Source: Verrucomicrobiota bacterium (GTDB lineage: Bacteria > Verrucomicrobiota > Verrucomicrobiia > Opitutales > Cerasicoccaceae). Taken from it: a DNA stretch of 10,149 bases. This document shows, piece by piece, positions 1-7,488 of the stretch. How positions within the stretch are numbered: the stretch's first letter is position 1; each line of letters starts with the position of its first letter. The stretch covers positions 1 through 10,149 of the forward strand of contig JBCBUK010000037.1 of NCBI GenBank assembly GCA_039818205.1, in the 5' to 3' direction. A program made the translations under genes and the position numbers. The notes below the pieces were generated by a model. It did not search any database. It was not told where the DNA came from and was given only the letters and a program-made list of their open reading frames with translations.

Positions 1-498
1 AAGACCAATGCGTATTTTAACTTCAATACCGGTGTGTTCAACCTAGCCGATCTTCTGAAAGAATATCCTGCCGACATACTTCACCTCCACTGGATTGCCG
101 GCGCATTTCTAAATCTCAAATCAATCAAGAGTATCAGTATCCCCATTGTTTGGACGCTACGTGATATGTGGCCATTTACAGGTGGATGCCATTATTCCAT
201 CGACTGTGAACGATACACGCGATCATGTGGATCATGTCCGCTATTCGAGAATATGTTTGGGCTTGACTTGACGCGATTGAATACATGGAACAAGAAACGC
301 TACGTCGGTGATCGTATCATCGCTGTTGCGCTAAGCGATTGGCTGGCCGGTTGTGCCAGGAAAAGCCCCATGTTTGAGAAGACAACAGTTATGGCAATCA
401 ACAACGCCATAGACGATTCCTGTTTTCGAGCAACCGAACAAATGGGGCATCACAAGCCACAGGAGGCGCACGCAGGGCAACCTGCTCCGCCGCAATGA
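1..498 (+). pseudogene. WcaC-like GT4 glycosyltransferase; 5' end lies outside the window and the C-terminal domain is missing
   Basis: Frame +1 is open from base 1 (KTNAYFNFNTGVFNL...). WcaC-like motifs: DILHLHWI, PIVWTLRDMWPFTGGCHY, C-x5-C-x6-C-x2-C, VALSDWL, INNAIDDSCF. Similarity ends at ~432, the interdomain linker, followed by a ~21-aa unrelated tail and TGA at 496-498. Only 59 bp remain before the convergent gene. Confidence 0.8.
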
Positions 499-557
499 GC
501 GCCATCTCCTGAGCTTCGAACTCTCAACACAAGAACCAGACGTCATTGCACATGGGA

Positions 558-1481
558 TTAATCCGCACGCAGCTTTTTCAATATCCTTTTTTTCCACTTC
601 AGCAGTCTTCCAGGCTTGGCTTTCTTTTGAATGTAGAATTTTTTCAGTTTCCCGAATGATTTCGCGTCCTCAGCCAGTATTTCAGGAAATTCAACCTTAA
701 GCTCCTGATTCAGTTTCCTGACTTTGTTTCGCACCACGTCGACATTGCAATGTTCACCGCTGCCATCGAAGCCGATGTTTCGCACGTAAGAAACGTCCGG
801 GTTCAGGCATAGGCCATCCTGCTTGAAGATCGTCGCATACCAGAAAATGGCCCAGGTGTTCATGCGGCCATCGGCATTGGCCAGAACCTGGAACCAGAAC
901 TTCTCACCGATATCCAGATTGAAACGCTCGATCATCTCCGGGGTGAACTCGGCCTGGAGTCTGGCTGGATCCTTTTCAAAATGGCACCACCTGTCGCGCC
1001 AGGTTCCCCATCCCCAGCAGTTCATCAGCCTTGAGAAGTGGGTCTTGCGGTAATCGCGCGCGCCTGTCGGTTCGTTGTAGCCGCAGATATGCCAGATCTT
1101 CTCTTCAGCTTCGAAATGGGAAAGACTTTCATTCATGTAGTTTAGAAATGCTGGGCTCGTGACAATGTCGTCTTCTAGGACAATGATCCTGTGATGCTTT
1201 TCAAGAACCTGATCAATTCCCCGAACGATGTTGTTCGCCAGTCCAATGTTTACGTCCTGCCTGACCAATGTGACCGACTTGAATTCGGTTATCGAACTGG
1301 CCAATGCGCAAACTTCCTGAATCGGCCCAATGTCGGCCTCGTCTCTGGGACCATCGACAAACACAAACAGATCCGTCTCACGCGCAAGGCGGTTACGGGC
1401 AATCGCACTAAGGGTTTTTTGCGTGTGATCCGGCCTGTTGAACGCGAAAAGCACAACAGGGGCCAAACTAACTGAATTCAT
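558..1481 (-). CDS. GT-A fold glycosyltransferase (GT2/GnT-I-like 'sugar transferase')
   Basis: 307 aa. Motifs APVVLFAFNRPDHT, FVDGPR, NIGLANNI, IIVLEDD (DxD-type), CWGWGTWRDRW, SYVRNIGFDGSGEH. GGTGGA just upstream of the ATG. Confidence 0.88.
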   Translation of the reverse strand: MNSVSLAPVVLFAFNRPDHTQKTLSAIARNRLARETDLFVFVDGPRDEADIGPIQEVCALASSITEFKSVTLVRQDVNIGLANNIVRGIDQVLEKHHRIIVLEDDIVTSPAFLNYMNESLSHFEAEEKIWHICGYNEPTGARDYRKTHFSRLMNCWGWGTWRDRWCHFEKDPARLQAEFTPEMIERFNLDIGEKFWFQVLANADGRMNTWAIFWYATIFKQDGLCLNPDVSYVRNIGFDGSGEHCNVDVVRNKVRKLNQELKVEFPEILAEDAKSFGKLKKFYIQKKAKPGRLLKWKKRILKKLRAD

Positions 1482-1589
1482 TCATCCACCCGTCGACTGT
1501 TGTTTGACCTATAACCTGCAACATCACGAGCCTAAACAAAAAGTAGACCGGAGAAAGCTGCAGGATCGTTGTCTTTCCCAACCTGCATT

Positions 1590-2765
1590 CTAGCGCCGAA
1601 TTTCCGATTTGATCTTTTCAATGAACGCCCGGTTTTTTTCTACAAAGAACTCAAGCCACTCCACTTTTGGGTTCGCCTCGATCGTTGACTTGAGCGAAAC
1701 AGCCTTTACAAGCTGTTCGGCGGCTTTTTCAGGCTCGTTTTCCAGATGCAGAACGACAGTGTTCGGGATTTCATCCGAGAAACTCGTTTCATTCTTCAAA
1801 ACGGCCGTTACCGAGGCGTATCTGATGTTTTTAATCAGCGCTCCTTCAATCGGAGCGGACCATGCGGACGGAGACAGGGCCACCTCGCAATCGGATACCG
1901 CCTCTTTCAAGCCGCTCGTCCAGCACATTTCAACAAAGTCGCAGTTGTCCGGCTGGTTTTTGAAATCCTCCGGCCGTTTGAAGGGAAACAGGAACGACAG
2001 ACCGGGAGCATGCTGCGCAACCGACAACGCCCAACGGCTACCCTTTGCCGGGATGTCGTTTCCATGAAACACAACGTCCCATCGCGTTTCCGCACGCACT
2101 GGTTCGCTCGACTCGGTCGTTTCCAATACCAATGATCTTTCAAGCTCCGCGGTCCAGAGACCGACAACGGGCACGTTTACGCCAAACTGCTGTTCCGCCA
2201 AAGTGGCCTGCCTTTGGTTCTGGGCGAAAAAACTCACCTTGCCGGACCTGGCAAGTGCCCGAAGTTTCCTAACGAAGGTCATCGCGGAAAAGGTCTGGCG
2301 CGGGAAAGGCGCACAGCCGAACTTTTTGGCCGCATACTGGCTTGGGTCGGCAAGACACCGCAGGCAGGCAGATGTTTCCATTGGCATGAAATTGTAACTT
2401 CGGATGCAGAAGAAACTGGAATCCAACAGGTAGATCCAGCAGTTTCCACGCATCAATTTTATGATTCTAAGCGTCGCGTTAAAGCCGATATCTTGCGGAT
2501 GCAGCAGCAAGACACCCCTTCCCGAGTTCCGCAAAATCCAAAGACGGAAAAAGAATATGAGCCAGCGCGGACCTTCTCTCATCCAGAACACAAGCTCGTG
2601 CACCACGGTACGGTCGTCTGCCCTGTCCAGTCTTCGTCCCGGTTCAATGAAGCGCAGTCCACTTGACCTCAGATAGGCGACAAGCTGACCTGTTCCGGAA
2701 TTTCCCGCTGGAACGCCACTGACAACGGCAAAATTGTCACTTAGCCTCGCCCCATCTGCGCTCAA
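1590..2765 (-). CDS. Divergent GT-B (GT4-like) glycosyltransferase, probable TTG start
   Basis: The in-frame TTG at 2765 overlaps the rfbF stop (TTGA) and has GAAGGA upstream, so it is preferred over the ORF-track start at 2810. N-terminal Gly loop SGVPAGNSGTGQLV; D-x4-C Cys cluster; VFHG...AKG (like F-x-G-R...KG); LSPSAWSAPIEGALIK (degenerate PS-x-W-x-E-x7-E). Confidence 0.65.
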   Translation of the reverse strand: MSADGARLSDNFAVVSGVPAGNSGTGQLVAYLRSSGLRFIEPGRRLDRADDRTVVHELVFWMREGPRWLIFFFRLWILRNSGRGVLLLHPQDIGFNATLRIIKLMRGNCWIYLLDSSFFCIRSYNFMPMETSACLRCLADPSQYAAKKFGCAPFPRQTFSAMTFVRKLRALARSGKVSFFAQNQRQATLAEQQFGVNVPVVGLWTAELERSLVLETTESSEPVRAETRWDVVFHGNDIPAKGSRWALSVAQHAPGLSFLFPFKRPEDFKNQPDNCDFVEMCWTSGLKEAVSDCEVALSPSAWSAPIEGALIKNIRYASVTAVLKNETSFSDEIPNTVVLHLENEPEKAAEQLVKAVSLKSTIEANPKVEWLEFFVEKNRAFIEKIKSEIRR

Positions 2766-3550
2766 CTGAGATCCTTCCACACTTTCCACGGTGCTTCGCC
2801 GGTTTGCCACAATTTTTCAAGGTACTGCTTTTCCCGCAACGTATCCATCGGCTGCCAGAACCCCTCATGGAGGAAAGCCGACATCTCTCCATCTCTTGAG
2901 ATCCCCTTCATCGGGGCCTGTTCCCAGGGCATGTCCTCAATCTCGGGATCCTGCAGGTAGCTCTCGATTTTGGGAGAAAGCACAAAGAAACCACCATTGA
3001 TCCAGCCACTTTCTCCCCGCGGTTTTTCAACGAACCCGCTCACCTGGGTATCGGCGATCTCGACCGCACCGAAACGGCCGGGAAGCCTTACGGCCGTGAC
3101 GGTCGCCAGTCTCCCCTCCTTTCGATGAAAGGAGATGCTCGCGGTGATGTCGATATCGGACAAGCCATCCCCGTAGGTCATGCAGAAATGCTCATCGCCC
3201 ACATAGGGCAGTATCTTTTTGATCCGCCCGGCGGTCTGCGTGTTTAAACCTGTCTCGATGAGAGTGATCTTCCAGGGTTCGGACCTGTTTTCGTGCAGCT
3301 CCAAGCCGCCGTTCTTCAAATCTATTGTGACGTTTGAAACATGCATCAAGTAGTTGGCAAAGTACTCCTTGATCATGTAGCCCTTGTAGCCAAGACATAT
3401 GACAAAGTCATTGATGCCATGCGCCGAATACATCTTCATGATGTGCCAGAGAATTGGTTTTCCGCCGATTTCGACCATGGGTTTTGGCCGGATCACTGTC
3501 TCTTCCGCCAGTCTCGTTCCGAGCCCCCCTGCCAGAATCACCGCTTTCAT
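2762..3550 (-). CDS. rfbF: Glucose-1-phosphate cytidylyltransferase (DdhA)
   Basis: MKAVILAGGLGTRLAEET, PKPMVEIGGKPILWHIMK, CLGYKGYMIKEYF, FCMTYGDG, WINGGFFVL, GFWQPMDTLREK, APWKVW. ATGA overlap with rfbG at 3547-3550. Confidence 0.97.
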   Translation of the reverse strand: MKAVILAGGLGTRLAEETVIRPKPMVEIGGKPILWHIMKMYSAHGINDFVICLGYKGYMIKEYFANYLMHVSNVTIDLKNGGLELHENRSEPWKITLIETGLNTQTAGRIKKILPYVGDEHFCMTYGDGLSDIDITASISFHRKEGRLATVTAVRLPGRFGAVEIADTQVSGFVEKPRGESGWINGGFFVLSPKIESYLQDPEIEDMPWEQAPMKGISRDGEMSAFLHEGFWQPMDTLREKQYLEKLWQTGEAPWKVWKDLS

Positions 3551-4644
3551 TTGATCTGTTCCATCTGTTCCGTTGAGCTCAGGGCGGATTCGTATGCATC
3601 GATCTGTGACCAGGTCAGCTCAGCCAAGTCTTTCCGGTTGTTGAAGCCGCGATACCAGTCAACCGTCTTCAGAAGCGCAGTCTGTGTGTCCCACAGGGGG
3701 CGCCACCCCAATCCGAAAAGCGCCTTCGAATTGTCCAATGCCAGAACTCCGGCTTCTTTCTTCTCCGCTTCAACGTGATCAGTCATTGACCAATCAGCAC
3801 CCTCGCCCCAGGCCGCTTTCAAGGCGTCGGCCACTTTCTTGACTTCCCAGATACCATTGACATCGGGACCAAAATTCCAAGCTTCGCCGTAGCGCTGCGG
3901 ATCTTCGGCGAGCCGTTCGGCAAGTAACAGGTACCCGCTCAACGGCTCCAAGACATGCTGCCAGGGCCTGATCGCATGCGGGTTCCTGATGATTGCAGGT
4001 TCGCGCTCCGTGAATGACCGGACAATGTCGGGAACCAGACGGTCCAGCGCCCAGTCGCCTCCACCAATGACATTCCCGGCTCTGGCCGTCGCCAGGCCGA
4101 CATTTCTTTGAGCAAAGAAAGAATGCCGATAGGACGCCGACAGAATTTCCGCCGCCCCCTTGCTTGCAGAATACGGATCCTTGCCTCCCAGCGCTTCGTT
4201 TTCGCGATAGCCCCAGACCCATTCCTTGTTGTCGTAGCACTTGTCGCTCGTTACGACGACAATCGCCTGCAAACCGCTTTCCGCACGCAACGCGTCGAGC
4301 AGATATGCGGTTCCCATGAAGTTTGTCTCGAAAGTCTCAAGCGGGTTGTCGTAGGACAATCGAACGAGTGGCTGCGCTGCAAGGTGAAGCACGATTTCCG
4401 GGCTGCACCGCTTTATCGCATCCCGTACCCTCTCCGGATCGCGAAGATCGATCCTGAAGTCGTTTTGAAGACCGTCCCCTGCATCGGTGCAAACAAACAG
4501 ATTGCGTTCGCTTTCCGGATCGAGTGCAAGGCCGCTCACGTTTGCGCCAAGTCTTTTTAGCCAGTGGAGCAGCCAACTGCCTTTGAACCCGGTGTGACCG
4601 GTGACTAGGACACGCTTGCTTTGCCAAAATTCTTTCTTGAGCAT
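3547..4644 (-). CDS. rfbG: CDP-glucose 4,6-dehydratase (DdhB)
   Basis: FW..KRVLVTGHTGFKGSWL, HLAAQPLVRLSY, TSDKCY, DPYSASKG (YxxxK), ARAGNVIGGGDW, RPWQHVLEPLSGY, AWNFGP. Confidence 0.97.
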   Translation of the reverse strand: MLKKEFWQSKRVLVTGHTGFKGSWLLHWLKRLGANVSGLALDPESERNLFVCTDAGDGLQNDFRIDLRDPERVRDAIKRCSPEIVLHLAAQPLVRLSYDNPLETFETNFMGTAYLLDALRAESGLQAIVVVTSDKCYDNKEWVWGYRENEALGGKDPYSASKGAAEILSASYRHSFFAQRNVGLATARAGNVIGGGDWALDRLVPDIVRSFTEREPAIIRNPHAIRPWQHVLEPLSGYLLLAERLAEDPQRYGEAWNFGPDVNGIWEVKKVADALKAAWGEGADWSMTDHVEAEKKEAGVLALDNSKALFGLGWRPLWDTQTALLKTVDWYRGFNNRKDLAELTWSQIDAYESALSSTEQMEQIK

Positions 4645-4673
4645 GGTAGCTTTCTGATGACTGGGATCCCGGG

Positions 4674-5567
4674 CTATCCGGCCAACTCATCCCATTCCCG
4701 AAGCAATTCTTCAACACCCTGCCAGATTTTTATCTTCGGCTCCCAGCCACCAAGGCCAGCGCCCAGGTAAGGTTCCATCAGCTGATTGGACCTGTAGGGC
4801 CTGGCACCCCAGTTAATATTGAGTTTTTGCCCCGATATGTCTGCAACAAGCTGCGCGAGTTCTCGCACAGTCAAGACTTGTCCACCGGAAACAAATTTGT
4901 TCGGATTTGCCGCGATCCGGTCGCCGCGAACCAATTCCAACGCCACCATGATCGCAGCAATCGCGTCGTCTACATGCAGTGGGACCATTTTCTGGTGGCC
5001 CGGAGTGGTCTCAATCCTCTTTCCCGTTCTTGCTGCCGACACAAGTTCCGGAAGCAGTTTTGGTCTCTTGTCTCCAGGCCCGTACAGATCGTAAAGGACA
5101 AGAGTGAGCGCATTTAAGTCTTGCCAGTTGGCGTAATAGGTAACCAGCTCCGAAAAGGCCTGTTTGGTCGCGGCATAAAGGGAATTCGGTCGAACGCTCC
5201 CATTCTCGGCAAATTGCCAAAAAGTTCCGATATTCACAAAACCGGAAACGCCAGCGGATCTCGACGCCGCCAACAGCCTCCCGCCAAAGCTGATGTTCGC
5301 GTTCAAAACAGTCTCGGCGTTCAGTCCCGTTTCATCCGTTGGATAGGCCGTAGCCGCGTGGATAATGTCCGTGACCTCGTAACGCTGAAGTTCACCGGCT
5401 AGATCGAGCACATCGCCGCGATCGCGGATCGTTGGATAGGGCCGCGAAGTCTCGGATGACCGACCGACACTCTGGAGTCCGTAAGCTGGAATATTACGGT
5501 CCTGCAGCCGGCTCATGAGGCGCCCGCCCAAGAACCCTCCTGCACCAGTGACCAGAACGCTAGCCAT
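4674..5567 (-). CDS. Extended SDR NAD(P)-dependent sugar 4-reductase/epimerase, CDP-abequose/paratose synthase-like
   Basis: VLVTGAGGFLG (GxxGxxG), FVNIGTFWQ, SLYAATKQAF (YxxxK), YGPGD, PGHQ...HVDD. TGATG overlap with the upstream gene. Located among CDP-sugar genes. Stereospecificity cannot be read from the sequence. Confidence 0.8.
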   Translation of the reverse strand: MASVLVTGAGGFLGGRLMSRLQDRNIPAYGLQSVGRSSETSRPYPTIRDRGDVLDLAGELQRYEVTDIIHAATAYPTDETGLNAETVLNANISFGGRLLAASRSAGVSGFVNIGTFWQFAENGSVRPNSLYAATKQAFSELVTYYANWQDLNALTLVLYDLYGPGDKRPKLLPELVSAARTGKRIETTPGHQKMVPLHVDDAIAAIMVALELVRGDRIAANPNKFVSGGQVLTVRELAQLVADISGQKLNINWGARPYRSNQLMEPYLGAGLGGWEPKIKIWQGVEELLREWDELAG

Positions 5568-6757
5568 CAGAACTGGTTTGCAAACTCGTCAAAGCACTCA
5601 TGAACATAGGTCAGCATCTGCTCCGTCAGTCCATGATGACACGCCATGAGGATGCCGCCCCGCATGACCGAGTCAGCGTTCGGGAAATCGGAAGCATTGC
5701 CGACGCCAGGCTTGTTCTTGAATCCAGGTTGGCGAAGGATGTTGCCGGTAAAGACCACCCTAGTTTGAACATTGTTCTTCTCCAGGAAGATTTGGAGCTC
5801 CCGTCTGGAAAAAGGTGCCTGCGGCTTTACGGTCAGGGGAAACGCTAGCCAGCCTGTTCTTGTGCCCGGTGTCTGCACCGGCAGCTCGAACCAATCTGCG
5901 TACTTGGAGAAGTAGACAGCTTGCTGCGCGAACGCCCATTCGCGCGCCTTGATGTTGTCGTCAAGCTTTGAAAGCTGAACCAGGCCAAACGCAGCTCCGA
6001 GCTCAGACGGTTCGAAGTTGTGGCCAACGTCGGAAAACACAAACTTCGCGTCATACGGGATACCGTCGAGATCGACATTGAACCTGTTTTCGATGGCTTC
6101 CGAGTCCACAAAAAGCGAGGAAGACCGTCCCCAGCTTCTGAGCAGCTTTCCTCTTTCGGCCCACTCGTCCTTATTCACGCTTAGCAAGCCACCGTTGCCA
6201 GCGCAGTTGATGACATGCGATCCGTAAAAACTCGTAATGCTGATGTCAGACCAGTGCCCGCTCGGTTTCCCGTTGAGCGTGCCGCCAAGCGTATCGGCCG
6301 AGTCTTCTACCATCAGCAAGCCATGTTTCTTGCAAACATCGTCGATTTTTTCCCAATCGGGTATATTCCCCACCAGGTTAGGGATTACGACTGCTGCCGT
6401 TTTCTCGGTGATTTTTGCTTCGATCGAATCCACATCGATCACGTAAGTGCCCGGAACAACGTCGACATATACTGGAACAAGCCTGTTTCTCAGTATGCAG
6501 GAAACCGTCGTGGAGAATGTCAGGACCGGGGTGATGACTTCGCTGCCTTCCGGAAGGTTCAGCAACTCGACGGCGATCTCCAGTGCGGAAGATCCGGAGT
6601 TCACCATCAGGCCGTGCTTCTTGCCGAAGAGCTCCGCATTCTTTCTTTCGAATTCGCGAACATTTCGACCCATTTGCGTGGATGTCCGCAGCACCTCGAC
6701 AACGGCGTCGATTTCCTCTTCCCCGTGAACCGTCATTCCGTACGGTACTGCAATCAT
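5567..6757 (-). CDS. DegT/DnrJ-fold PLP enzyme, DdhC/RfbH (E1)-like CDP-4-keto-6-deoxyglucose 3-dehydratase homologue lacking the Fe-S motif
   Basis: AGGAG (6768-6764) 6 nt before the ATG at 6757 supports this start over 6793 (396 aa). Motifs VNSGSSA, TFSTTV, EDSADTLG, SFYGSH (His at the PLP-Lys position), RSWGR, YDAKF, TRVVFTGNILRQP. Confidence 0.85.
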   Translation of the reverse strand: MIAVPYGMTVHGEEEIDAVVEVLRTSTQMGRNVREFERKNAELFGKKHGLMVNSGSSALEIAVELLNLPEGSEVITPVLTFSTTVSCILRNRLVPVYVDVVPGTYVIDVDSIEAKITEKTAAVVIPNLVGNIPDWEKIDDVCKKHGLLMVEDSADTLGGTLNGKPSGHWSDISITSFYGSHVINCAGNGGLLSVNKDEWAERGKLLRSWGRSSSLFVDSEAIENRFNVDLDGIPYDAKFVFSDVGHNFEPSELGAAFGLVQLSKLDDNIKAREWAFAQQAVYFSKYADWFELPVQTPGTRTGWLAFPLTVKPQAPFSRRELQIFLEKNNVQTRVVFTGNILRQPGFKNKPGVGNASDFPNADSVMRGGILMACHHGLTEQMLTYVHECFDEFANQF

Positions 6758-6858
6758 GTCATTCTCCTGCCTGGACCGGTTCAGCCGGATCATTTGCCGG
6801 CATCGTCTTCAGTTGCTTAAATGAATTTCTGTCCATCCTGCGTGCGATAGAACATCGC

Positions 6859-6887
6859 TCGATATGAGAAAGAACAGGTGCTGTCAA
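6859..6887 (-). promoter_or_regulatory. Candidate sigma70 promoter for the CDP-sugar operon
   Basis: Minus strand: TTGACA (6887-6882), 17-bp spacer, TATCGA (6864-6859), about 100 bp upstream of the first start codon. Confidence 0.45.
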
Positions 6888-7200
6888 TCAGCGACTTCCG
6901 CGCGAGCTGGCCCGAAGACTGCCGGGCTTGCCGGGATGTCACGTCAGCGGGACCTTGAACGGACACTCAAGATAGTAGTTCCTCGCAGCCTCGCGCCCCT
7001 CCGCTTGCGATGGCCACAAGGAGATCTGTTAGGCTATTTCAGAGGCAAATTCTTGATCGCTGACCGCCGCGGCCGCATTGCCATGTGCGAGAAACGACTG
7101 CATTGCAATCCCCTGGGAATGTATTGGTCTTGACCCTTAAAGCTGGTCTGATTTGATTGCGAATTTTTGGGTCCATTTCGAGTGAGAGAGGAGTGTCCCG

Positions 7201-7488
7201 ATGCCGAAGAAACGGATTTCAGATGAGCAGATCGCGTTTGCTTTGAGGCAAGCGGAATCTGGTACGACAATCGGCAAGATTTGTCGGAAGATGGGGATTG
7301 CCGAGGCAACGTTCTATCGATGGAAGAAGGTTGATGCCGGAATGGGTGTTTCCGAGATCCGGCGACTTAAACAGCTTGAAGACGAGAACTCGAAACTGGA
7401 GCGGTTGGTTGCTGATCTGACGCTGGACAAGACCACTCTGACGCTGGACAAGACCACGCTTCAGGATGCCTTGAGAAAAAAGTGGTGA
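7201..7488 (+). CDS. IS3-family transposase OrfA (HTH plus leucine zipper) with a 7-aa duplication
   Basis: MPKKRISDEQIAFALRQAESG, ICRKMGIAEATFYRWKK, RRLKQLEDEN..L.RLVADLTLDK. GAGGAG RBS upstream. Confidence 0.92.
   Translation: MPKKRISDEQIAFALRQAESGTTIGKICRKMGIAEATFYRWKKVDAGMGVSEIRRLKQLEDENSKLERLVADLTLDKTTLTLDKTTLQDALRKKW
7416..7457 (+). repeat. Perfect 21-bp tandem duplication
   Basis: TCTGACGCTGGACAAGACCAC at 7416-7436 and 7437-7457. Confidence 0.97.
7476..7482 (+). other. Programmed -1 ribosomal frameshift site (A AAA AAG)
   Basis: A6G heptamer in X-XXY-YYZ phase with orfA (AGA AAA AAG TGG TGA); the -1 frame continues into orfB (GTG GTG AAG CCT). Possible stimulatory stem GCCTG (7490-7494) / CAGGC (7524-7528). 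Confidence 0.85.

Noticed and set aside
2766..2810. ORF-track N-terminal extension of the 406-aa ORF
   Set aside because: It overlaps the conserved rfbF C-terminus. The in-frame TTG at 2765, with an RBS and stop/start overlap, is more plausible.
5567..6757. Plain DegT-type sugar aminotransferase call, or the gene symbol rfbH
   Set aside because: The Schiff-base Lys is His, so it is not a standard aminotransferase. The Fe-S ligands are absent, so it is not a canonical RfbH.
6758..6793. Upstream ATG of the DdhC-like gene
   Set aside because: The AGGAG RBS sits before the ATG at 6757, inside this extension.
823..6867. Many 64-201 aa ORFs antisense to, or out of frame within, the operon genes
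   Set aside because: They overlap well-supported genes and show no protein-family signal.
6758..7124. JUMPstart/ops (GGCGGTAG) antitermination element or a structured leader RNA
   Set aside because: No ops match seen; only short 5-bp stems such as GCCGG/CCGGC at 6784-6801.
6864..7133. 89-aa plus-strand ORF in the intergenic region, checked as a possible ferredoxin or E3 remnant
   Set aside because: No Fe-S Cys pattern or clear RBS; it overlaps the candidate promoter and runs into the IS end.
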